From Escherichia phage vB_EcoM_011D4, in sequence record MT478991.1: a stretch of DNA of 64,000 bases; one strand, written 5' to 3'. Numbering within the stretch: position 1 is the stretch's first letter; the number at the start of each line of letters is the position of its first letter. Both the position numbers and the translations under genes were made by a program. Below, piece after piece: positions 46,097 to 53,600 of the stretch. Below the pieces are notes generated by a model that made no database searches, was not told the origin of the DNA, and saw only the letters and a list, made by a program, of their open reading frames with translations.

Positions 46097-46384
46097 TTAC
46101 AGCATACTTAATACCGTTTGCCGTGTACTAATCCACATAGCAGAAAGCAGTTCTGGCGTGTGTGGCTGTTTGTAGATATCACGTAACTTTCCGATAGCGT
46201 AGATATACGCATCACGGTTATCATCGATGATAGCTTGTTCAGCCCACCGCTTAAGGCGTGCAATCTCTCGCGAGTTCTTACGCAAGATCTTTTCCGCTTT
46301 CTTAGCGGCTTTAGCCTCTAGTTCTGCTTGTACTTTGTCTACTTCATTCACTGCAATCTGGTCATGCTGTTCATCGTAAGTCAT
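46097..46384 (-). CDS. hypothetical protein (95 aa)
   Basis: ORF track. Confidence 0.5.
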   Translation of the reverse strand: MTYDEQHDQIAVNEVDKVQAELEAKAAKKAEKILRKNSREIARLKRWAEQAIIDDNRDAYIYAIGKLRDIYKQPHTPELLSAMWISTRQTVLSML

Positions 46385-46620
46385 GTTATTTTTCCTTCTG
46401 GGATATAATCAATTATTAAAGAAAATTCATCTTCTGATACATTATAGCTATGTGAGATTGTACCCGTAAAGACCTCAAGATCCGGTGATTTGATATTGCA
46501 CGGATCGATAATCACCGGAACGCCGCAATCTCTCAAAAATAATTTGGCGAAATACGGCACGAGGTCAGTTTCAAACTCTGCTTCTTCCAGCAAACGGGAA
46601 ATGTTAATTTTCAATCTCAT
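46381..46620 (-). CDS. hypothetical protein (79 aa)
   Basis: ORF track. Confidence 0.5.
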   Translation of the reverse strand: MRLKINISRLLEEAEFETDLVPYFAKLFLRDCGVPVIIDPCNIKSPDLEVFTGTISHSYNVSEDEFSLIIDYIPEGKIT

Positions 46621-47137
46621 AAAATTGGTCCAGGCTAGGCAATTCCTCGGTCAATACATCTTCAACCTTTGGCGCTTTCGGTTTATTGACCGATTCCTCG
46701 TAGTTGTTGATTTTATCGTAAATGTCCTGTATGAATGCCTCATCAGCAATCTGGCACATATCAGCGTCGCGTTCGTCATATACATGATGCACAAAATATT
46801 TGTATTTTGCGGCTGTCGCTGTTCTCTCTTTTTTAATGCGCTGTACAAAAGCATTAAAGCACGCTTGCGTGATGTAAGCATGAGGATTTTTATACTTTGT
46901 CTCGTCAAAATTAATCAAACCCTTGACCGCCGCTTCGATTCCGTCGTCGATCATTTCTTCGCGCCATGTTTGACTATAGCCAGAAAAGTTAAAACGTCGT
47001 GATAGATTTTTTGAGATTTGCATAATTGCCAGGCCAATTTGATCGCTCATTGGCACTTGCCGACCTTCGGCTGCAATTCGTTGTTTCCAACGGCAAATTT
47101 CTTCGTAAAGCTCTTTATTGTTTACATAATCAGACAC
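46604..47137 (-). CDS. 55: late-transcription sigma factor gp55
   Basis: Very high identity to T4 gp55 (IGLAIM.I...[52 protein letters not shown]); apparent GTG start with GAGGG RBS. Confidence 0.93.
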   Translation of the reverse strand: MSDYVNNKELYEEICRWKQRIAAEGRQVPMSDQIGLAIMQISKNLSRRFNFSGYSQTWREEMIDDGIEAAVKGLINFDETKYKNPHAYITQACFNAFVQRIKKERTATAAKYKYFVHHVYDERDADMCQIADEAFIQDIYDKINNYEESVNKPKAPKVEDVLTEELPSLDQFYEIEN

Positions 47138-47177
47138 TTCGCACCCTCGCTATTATTTAGGAAATAACCCTTTCGGG

Positions 47178-48647
47178 CTATTCCCCATTACCATTATACT
47201 TTCTTTGCTTAGTTATCCACACTCTAACCATCTCTACAGATTCGCCGTCAGACGGATCAAGAGTTTTTCCCTTTTTCTTCATGCGGTACTTAAATCCGTT
47301 AAATCTTGCATTCTCTTGTTCGTTAAAGTCGAACATCTTTTTAAATGATTTTCGCCCTTTACGCTCACCACATTCTAGCGGAATCATTCGGTCTGTTATT
47401 ACATTGGCATTAGGTAGAAACGTTTTTAGATAATCTACCAACGCCCAATCAGGAACATATAGATTAACATTCTCCTTGCTCTCGTTGTCTCTCAGGTTAC
47501 AACGCAAACATAATTGAAATGCTGGTTCCAGATAATCAGACACATGACGCGCTTTCAAAAACTCATTTGTTGGAAGATCGCAACTGTGCGCCAATCCTTT
47601 TAAAATGTCAATCTCCCATCGTTGAGGGTTAAAGCTGAACATCACAGCAACATTTTTATGATGAATGTAAGAGTTAAGGCCATAAGATCCGTATGGTATC
47701 CGCTCACCAATACCATTTGTGCACGCTTCACGGTCCCTATTCACGGTATAAATGAAGTCATCACCACATTCATTTTTAACCATATCAACTAGACGTTCAA
47801 AGGTATTGTTTGTTTCTGACTGGTGACGCGACCAGCGTTCGGAGTCCGTCATAAGGATGATATTAACTCTATCTGTATTTTTATACTCTTTGAAATATAG
47901 TCTGGATTCTAGAGCACTCGGAACAAAATCGCAATTTGCATAGTATCGTAGATACTTCCCGCTATATGTATCAAAGAGATTTGCACATGCTATCGTAACC
48001 TTTTTAAAGTCTCCCCATGTACCGTGTTTGTTATCGTTCAAGAAAACAATTTTCGACCCATTCTTCCGGTGTCCTTCGTTATGTTTTACCATAACGTTGA
48101 TTTTCTTCTCTAATAACGCCTCATAAAGCCCTCTAAGAGAAGAATCGATCATATCAGTACCATCCTTTGCACTTTCTATCTTTTCTTTGATAGCGGCCTT
48201 CTCAGAGTCTTTTAGAACTAGGTTCTGTAGACATTCCGATTCGTCGGCGATTGGTTCGCAATGCTTCGTGATAAGTTCAAGATTAGACTTAAACGGATAC
48301 TCATTAAATTCAACCAGTTGAGGAACTTCATCAATGTAAAGAGCATAATCACCAAACATTTTTGAACGTTCCATATTAGATAACGCAGTATGTGTAATGA
48401 ATATCACATCAGCACCGTCTTTAACTGATTGCATTATCGACGCTTGCACTGTCTTAAGGCTTCTTAGTCTTGTGCTATCGATCAAGACAGCACGACCGCC
48501 CATTCTTTTAAACTTATTGTAAGATTGTTCACTTAAAACACGAGATGGCGAAGCAATAACCGCTTTTTCTTTTGTCTCTAGGACGTGGGAAAGTATAGCA
48601 TCAGTTTTCCCCGCCGCTGGCAATGCGATTAATGTTTCAATCTTCAT
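47178..48647 (-). CDS. P-loop NTPase domain protein of unknown function (489 aa)
   Basis: Walker A LPAAGKTD at residues 9-16 and hhhhDE (ALYIDEVPQ) about 90 residues later; remaining ~380 aa without recognisable motifs; basic C-terminus. Confidence 0.6.
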   Translation of the reverse strand: MKIETLIALPAAGKTDAILSHVLETKEKAVIASPSRVLSEQSYNKFKRMGGRAVLIDSTRLRSLKTVQASIMQSVKDGADVIFITHTALSNMERSKMFGDYALYIDEVPQLVEFNEYPFKSNLELITKHCEPIADESECLQNLVLKDSEKAAIKEKIESAKDGTDMIDSSLRGLYEALLEKKINVMVKHNEGHRKNGSKIVFLNDNKHGTWGDFKKVTIACANLFDTYSGKYLRYYANCDFVPSALESRLYFKEYKNTDRVNIILMTDSERWSRHQSETNNTFERLVDMVKNECGDDFIYTVNRDREACTNGIGERIPYGSYGLNSYIHHKNVAVMFSFNPQRWEIDILKGLAHSCDLPTNEFLKARHVSDYLEPAFQLCLRCNLRDNESKENVNLYVPDWALVDYLKTFLPNANVITDRMIPLECGERKGRKSFKKMFDFNEQENARFNGFKYRMKKKGKTLDPSDGESVEMVRVWITKQRKYNGNGE

Positions 48648-48934
48648 TAGAAACCCTTACGTCGTGCTTTCTGGCATTTCTTGATCATTTTATCAGAAAT
48701 TTCGCGCTTAGGTGCAATCTCTTTCACACCGAAAGCACTAATGCCAAATTCAGAGAGAATATATTCAACTAACAATTCACGCACACGCGCTTTACCGATA
48801 TTCACGCCGTTATTTTTCAGATATGTCTGGCCTTCGACTTGCATCAGATCTAAATCTGCGTCGGTAATATTGATTTCTTCCATGCGCCCAAATCGAGAAT
48901 AAACCATGTGTGCGATTGCATTGTGTACTAACAT
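48647..48934 (-). CDS. hypothetical protein (~95 aa), translationally coupled to the P-loop protein
   Basis: Refined ATG at 48934 with GAGGAA RBS; stop overlaps the downstream ATG (TAATG). Confidence 0.5.
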   Translation of the reverse strand: MLVHNAIAHMVYSRFGRMEEINITDADLDLMQVEGQTYLKNNGVNIGKARVRELLVEYILSEFGISAFGVKEIAPKREISDKMIKKCQKARRKGF

Positions 48935-48955
48935 AATATATTCCTCACTCAAGAA

Positions 48956-49114
48956 TTACTTAATGATACTTACTTTACCAGATCCGTGACAATGAGCGCA
49001 ACACCCATCACCACACAATCCTGTTCCGTTACAGTGTTTACACTTCTTCAACGGTAAAGCCATTATAACAAATAAAGCAATAATGAACACCGAAACTAAA
49101 TTCTCAATAATCAT
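48956..49114 (-). CDS. membrane-anchored zinc-finger micro-protein (52 aa) with two DnaJ-type CxxCxGxG repeats
   Basis: Below track cutoff; ATG at 49114 with GAGGG RBS, overlapping the last codons of nrdH; hydrophobic N-terminus then CKHCNGTG..CAHCHGSG. Confidence 0.4.
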   Translation of the reverse strand: MIIENLVSVFIIALFVIMALPLKKCKHCNGTGLCGDGCCAHCHGSGKVSIIK

Positions 49115-49373
49115 AAATCGCCCTCAGTTCTTTATAGCCTCCAATGTGCTCGTTGTCAATGAATATCTGGGGGTATACAAATCGGAGGCTCTTTGAGTTC
49201 AGCCTCCCCGCCAGTTCTTCAATCATATCACGGTCGGGAATAATGTCAACCCCGACCTGCTTGAATACTGGTTTAAGTGTATACGGAATACCCAGATCAT
49301 CCAGTAGCTTCATTGCACCAATACAACCATAACAATGATAAGCCTCTTTCGGTATGCCGTATATCTCGATCAT
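49104..49373 (-). CDS. nrdH: glutaredoxin-like protein NrdH
   Basis: CxxC (YHCYGC) and PQIF..IGG motifs; at the T4 nrdH position. Confidence 0.75.
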   Translation of the reverse strand: MIEIYGIPKEAYHCYGCIGAMKLLDDLGIPYTLKPVFKQVGVDIIPDRDMIEELAGRLNSKSLRFVYPQIFIDNEHIGGYKELRAIYDY

Positions 49374-49846
49374 TTCTCAGCCTTTAATCTTTCTAGTTCT
49401 TCTTCCAGTTCCTTGATCCGTTGGTCACGTTCAAAGTCACGCTGCAACTTAGTGGCGAATACTCGTTTAAACTGATTGTAATCATCGATTTTAAACACTT
49501 CTTCTTCGCCATAGCGACGCACAGAAACTTCGTAGTTATTGAAGAATTGTTGCATCATTGCTTCGGATGATAGTTCTGCTGATACTACTTTAAAATATTG
49601 ATCTTCTGTAGGCGAAAACCAATTACAAGCATAAAGATAAACCTTTTCATTGTCTGGACACTGGTAAGCCTTACCATCGATTTCAATCACAGAAACATAT
49701 TCAGGCATAGTAGATGAATCAATAGCTAAGACTTTAAACTGACGGTCCCCGATAAACTCGGAGATCACACGATTCGCATCACTGGTTGCAAAGGCTTTAC
49801 GCGCTTGTTCGCTTTTCCACTGATAGGTCATACCAACAACAAACAT
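49370..49846 (-). CDS. paralog-family protein (one ~80-aa W..K..[D/E]..YF domain + helical tail)
   Basis: Motifs TYQWK...NWFSPTEDQYFKVV and C-terminal coiled coil. Confidence 0.6.
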   Translation of the reverse strand: MFVVGMTYQWKSEQARKAFATSDANRVISEFIGDRQFKVLAIDSSTMPEYVSVIEIDGKAYQCPDNEKVYLYACNWFSPTEDQYFKVVSAELSSEAMMQQFFNNYEVSVRRYGEEEVFKIDDYNQFKRVFATKLQRDFERDQRIKELEEELERLKAEK

Positions 49847-49847
49847 A

Positions 49848-50672
49848 TTACCAACCTCGCTCTTTACCGATCAAAAATTCAACCTCACGACGTTTAATGT
49901 CTTCTTGAAGGTCTTTAATCTTCTGGCGATCTTGCATGATTTCATCCATCTTGTCAAGTGCTGCAATAAAATCATCGAAACGTTCAAAGGTTTTACCTTC
50001 ATTTGCTTCGCCAAATTTAACCATAGTCAGACCGTAACGACTACTAAACAGACGTTTCAACTGCCCAACGATCTTAGAATCAGTAGTGACGACTTCCAAT
50101 TCTTCTACTTCTTGAAAGAATTTTCTATCAGAATCAATAAACCAGCTAGTTCCTTTATGGTCTTTATCTTCGGTTGCACTCATTAGAGTATGGTCTTTAC
50201 CATCAATTTCAATTACATCAATTTGCCCACATGGACTAACCTTTTTAACAGTAAAAGGTCTATAATTTATTGCTCGTGCAATAACATAATTAAGGTTAGA
50301 TACGTTTTCAGCATAATGACAGAAGTCGGTCATAGCATTCGCATCTTTCCAAGTATAAGTTTTACCAACTTCCCATTTCTGGGGAACTTCTTCAACTTCA
50401 CGAAAGAATTTTCTGTCAGTAGGACTAAAGAAAAATGATGCCGTCCACAATTCATTTTCTGTAACAGAGTCTACCGTATGCTCAACCCCATCGAGTTCTA
50501 TTACATCAATCCAATCGCCATCTTCGACCTTGTTGATGGTAAAAGGCTTATCACCAATAGATTTTCTGATATCGTCATTAAGTGGAGAAAGGCAACCACC
50601 ACCACAATTAACAAAATCTGTTTTAGCTTTTTCATCTTTCCAGGTGTAAGTTTTACCAATTTCCCATTTCAT
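49848..50672 (-). CDS. paralog-family protein (two tandem domains + helical tail)
   Basis: WEIGKTYTWKD...SPTDRKFFREV and WEVGKTYTWKD...DSDRKFFQEV. Confidence 0.6.
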   Translation of the reverse strand: MKWEIGKTYTWKDEKAKTDFVNCGGGCLSPLNDDIRKSIGDKPFTINKVEDGDWIDVIELDGVEHTVDSVTENELWTASFFFSPTDRKFFREVEEVPQKWEVGKTYTWKDANAMTDFCHYAENVSNLNYVIARAINYRPFTVKKVSPCGQIDVIEIDGKDHTLMSATEDKDHKGTSWFIDSDRKFFQEVEELEVVTTDSKIVGQLKRLFSSRYGLTMVKFGEANEGKTFERFDDFIAALDKMDEIMQDRQKIKDLQEDIKRREVEFLIGKERGW

Positions 50673-50684
50673 AATATATTCCCC

Positions 50685-51149
50685 TTAACCGATTTTATCA
50701 AGTTCGTTTAATGCTTTCTCTGCTTCCTGTATAGCTTGCACCCTTTCCGGCATTTTGTCAAGAAAATCTTTCAACTCTTCAAAACTGGAGATATGACGCA
50801 AGGCGTTAGCACCGATAGCCGCATGTGATTTGCATTCAAAGCGGATTTTATAATTATCCATCGCCAACTTGAGAAGATCAATTAATTTAGATTCTTCTGG
50901 AATAATAATTTCTTCAAATCTGCTACGGTCATGATCCAGAAACCAACAAGATAGACCTACATCGGTTGAACTAATATAAGTTCCATCATGAAGATAAACA
51001 GACCGCACGTATCCTTTTTTCGCATCAACCGACGCAACTTTAAACGGTAATCTCAGATATTTCAAATAATCAACATCATACCATTTAAAAAATTGGTTTG
51101 CATCTTTTACATCTTTCCACGCATAGGTCTTACCAGCTTCCCATTTCAT
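50685..51149 (-). CDS. paralog-family protein (one domain + helical tail)
   Basis: Refined ATG at 51149; WEAGKTYAWKD...DHDRSRFEEI. Confidence 0.6.
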   Translation of the reverse strand: MKWEAGKTYAWKDVKDANQFFKWYDVDYLKYLRLPFKVASVDAKKGYVRSVYLHDGTYISSTDVGLSCWFLDHDRSRFEEIIIPEESKLIDLLKLAMDNYKIRFECKSHAAIGANALRHISSFEELKDFLDKMPERVQAIQEAEKALNELDKIG

Positions 51150-51153
51150 AATA

Positions 51154-51681
51154 TCATCTCTCATTTTTGATACGTGATTCTAATTGGATCATACGGTCGC
51201 GCGTTTGCTTGTATTCTCGGATAGCACCGATCCGGCTAGGCATACCATCAAGCACGCTCTTAATACCTTCTAGGGTAGTAATTTTGGCAATGCTATTATG
51301 TAACCCCATCTTATCGATCAACTGAATGTCGTAGGCTTCCATAAGCAGACCCAGGCGTTCTAAAGTTAGGTCTTCTTCTTTTTCTTCCGAATCTGGAATC
51401 TTAGGTTCAATAGTAACTTCGGTAAAGAAACGACGCTCACCCGACCAAAACCACACACCGGAACAGCCAATAGGGGATTCTTTTAACGTCATAGAGTCGA
51501 AATTACTACCAATAATAGTAATTTCTCTAACATCACCATCATCGTCAAGGTCTTCTACCCTAAACGGGCGACCAGCCAACAAGTCAACAATACATCTGTT
51601 AATAGACGACGAAAATTTAGTCAGTTCGGCTTTCGACGCTTCGCATTCAATCTTGTAAGTTTTACCAACTTCCCATTCCAT
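51154..51681 (-). CDS. paralog-family protein (one domain + helical tail)
   Basis: Refined ATG at 51681 with GAGGTGA RBS; WEVGKTYKIE...SGERRFFTEV. Confidence 0.6.
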   Translation of the reverse strand: MEWEVGKTYKIECEASKAELTKFSSSINRCIVDLLAGRPFRVEDLDDDGDVREITIIGSNFDSMTLKESPIGCSGVWFWSGERRFFTEVTIEPKIPDSEEKEEDLTLERLGLLMEAYDIQLIDKMGLHNSIAKITTLEGIKSVLDGMPSRIGAIREYKQTRDRMIQLESRIKNER

Positions 51682-51691
51682 AATAATCACC

Positions 51692-52201
51692 TCAAATAAT
51701 TTTCACTGGAATACTATTAACAATCTTGTATTGTACTTGATTGTCAGACCCCCGCCACGGCTTCTTCGTTGGCATATCTTTAATATAACGCCCATCGATG
51801 AACATGTCAACTGATTCTACAATTTTTCTTTGCTCATCATTCAATTGGTCAAGGGTATAACCAGACCATAGCCAAATATCTTTATTTGGCATCCATGATT
51901 TTACTTCATCGATGATCCGCTGTACACCCTTTAAATTGCGTTTATACAGTGGATCGCCACCTAAGAATGTTAGCCCCTGAATAAAATCAGGTCTAAGCAG
52001 ATCCAGAATCAATCCCATTGTATCATCGGTGAATGGTTCCCCGTTCTTAGGATTGAGTAGGCTAGCATTAAAGCAACCATCACATGCGTGTGAACATCCG
52101 GTAACGTAAAGGGAGACTCTCACTCCCTCACCGTTAACCATATCACAATCTTTAATATCGGCATAGCGTAGTTTGCCGTATGTATCAGAACTCATATTCA
52201 A
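51692..52201 (-). CDS. nrdG: anaerobic ribonucleotide reductase activating protein NrdG (radical SAM)
   Basis: CxxxCxxC radical-SAM motif CSHACDGC and N-terminal glycine-rich loop typical of NrdG. Confidence 0.9.
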   Translation of the reverse strand: MNMSSDTYGKLRYADIKDCDMVNGEGVRVSLYVTGCSHACDGCFNASLLNPKNGEPFTDDTMGLILDLLRPDFIQGLTFLGGDPLYKRNLKGVQRIIDEVKSWMPNKDIWLWSGYTLDQLNDEQRKIVESVDMFIDGRYIKDMPTKKPWRGSDNQVQYKIVNSIPVKII

Positions 52202-52337
52202 TTACCCCGAACTCGTTTACAATCTGCGCTTTATAGTAACCACCGCGAGATGCTAATAGATAAGCTGGGCTTAGGTATTCGTATTCACGGATTTCTACTT
52301 GTGCGTTTTCAGTTTCCCAAATCAGTAAAGTCCACAT
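52185..52337 (-). CDS. hypothetical small protein (50 aa)
   Basis: Refined ATG at 52337 with AGGAGAATCAAAT leader (track start 52412 is an extension into the promoter). Confidence 0.45.
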   Translation of the reverse strand: MWTLLIWETENAQVEIREYEYLSPAYLLASRGGYYKAQIVNEFGVIEYEF

Positions 52338-52379
52338 ATTTGATTCTCCTGTAAAGTTGTATCTCGTCTTGATGAATAT

Positions 52380-52408
52380 AGTATAGGGGATCTCGCGATC
52401 CCCGTCAA
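52380..52408 (-). promoter_or_regulatory. PeSL-type early promoter: TTGACG-17-TATACT with GGGGATC/GATCCCC stem-loop
   Basis: -35 at 52408..52403, -10 at 52385..52380. Confidence 0.55.
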
Positions 52409-52412
52409 GCAT

Positions 52413-52961
52413 TTATTTTAAATTTTTTCGAATGTAGTCAGACCATTCCTTCCCTGTCAGTTCGGTCCCATTCTGGAAACTGAAATATTCATACGGCATC
52501 GAGTCAAGATAAAACAGGATCATACATCGCGCCATATAATACCAATCACGATTAAAGTAAACTACGTTATCTCCAGTACCATCAGCACCTTTATCATAAC
52601 CATCGCGGGTACGGGCGACCCATTGAATGGTATCATTTTTCTCACGGATAGTAACAGGTTCCCAATATCCAGCACATCCAGCATGACCACACGAACAAGT
52701 AAGGAAATATTGACCTTTTGCTTTGTTGTCATCCCATTCACGATGAATTGGTTTGATTTCGTGAAACAGTGCCAAACAATCATGATTATGCAACACTGGC
52801 TTACCATCAATCAATGCATGGAATGTATACAAACGACCCGTAGACAAATAGCTATCCTCACGCTCAACCAGTTCAATAGCAATCTTTTTAGCTAGTTCTT
52901 TGTGTCGTTGTGCTTTACGCTTACGGTTTAATGATTTCATATTCACCTCACACATTATCAA
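52413..52961 (-). CDS. hypothetical protein (182 aa)
   Basis: ORF track. Confidence 0.55.
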   Translation of the reverse strand: MIMCEVNMKSLNRKRKAQRHKELAKKIAIELVEREDSYLSTGRLYTFHALIDGKPVLHNHDCLALFHEIKPIHREWDDNKAKGQYFLTCSCGHAGCAGYWEPVTIREKNDTIQWVARTRDGYDKGADGTGDNVVYFNRDWYYMARCMILFYLDSMPYEYFSFQNGTELTGKEWSDYIRKNLK

Positions 52962-53500
52962 AGGTCGCGATATAGTACATTATGAAAATGAGAACTTGCA
53001 TTACCAATATTGTAGATAATAAATTCTTCATCCGGCGCTTGCGCTACAAATTGAGTATGAGCAACCGCCACAACCTTAAAAATACGATCCGTGATCTTGT
53101 GTTTAATTTCTGCTCCTACTTCCATAGGAACATATTCATTTGTTTCTGTTTCAGTCGCAAAACAGCCATCTTCTTCATAAGCACGAACAAATCGGTCGCA
53201 ATCAGTACGCTTAACAAATTCAAGAGTATATAATTCTCGTGAATTGTCGGTATAGACCAATACAGAATTATTATGATAGCGAATCACATACAGGTTATTA
53301 TCATCGTCAATTACGCAAAAGCTACGGATTCCTTCGCCTTGACTCCAGCAGACATTAACCACCGTTCCTCTAATAAAAAAACTTTCCTTTAAATTAAAAC
53401 TAGCCAATGTGCTAGCGTGCATTTTAACAACAACACCATCGCCAATTTCCAGTTTACGAAGTTTAACTTCTTTGCTCAGTACACAAAACATCATCATCAT
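52958..53500 (-). CDS. hypothetical protein (180 aa)
   Basis: ORF track; GAGAGG RBS. Confidence 0.55.
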   Translation of the reverse strand: MMMMFCVLSKEVKLRKLEIGDGVVVKMHASTLASFNLKESFFIRGTVVNVCWSQGEGIRSFCVIDDDNNLYVIRYHNNSVLVYTDNSRELYTLEFVKRTDCDRFVRAYEEDGCFATETETNEYVPMEVGAEIKHKITDRIFKVVAVAHTQFVAQAPDEEFIIYNIGNASSHFHNVLYRDL

Positions 53501-53529
53501 GTTGTCCTCTCGTTGTTTTCGATGTGAGC

Positions 53530-53557
53530 ATTATACATTAGCTAATCAGGTTGTCAA
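53530..53557 (-). promoter_or_regulatory. sigma70-consensus promoter TTGACA-16-TATAAT
   Basis: -35 at 53557..53552, -10 at 53535..53530; immediately downstream of the terminator after nrdD. Confidence 0.55.
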
Positions 53558-53565
53558 CACCCCAA

Positions 53566-53596
53566 AACGAAAAAGCCGACCCTTTCGGATCGGCTG
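53566..53596 (-). terminator. rho-independent terminator (AGCCGA-loop-TCGGCT + TTTTT) after nrdD
   Basis: Same stem sequence as the terminators at 5325 and 15214; U-tract on the minus strand. Confidence 0.65.
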
Positions 53597-53600
53597 AAAA

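Noticed and set aside
47138-47177. Possible hairpin (CCC-tttc-GGG) between the P-loop gene and gene 55.
   Set aside because: Stem is only 3-4 bp with a mismatch and no U-tract; not convincing as a terminator.
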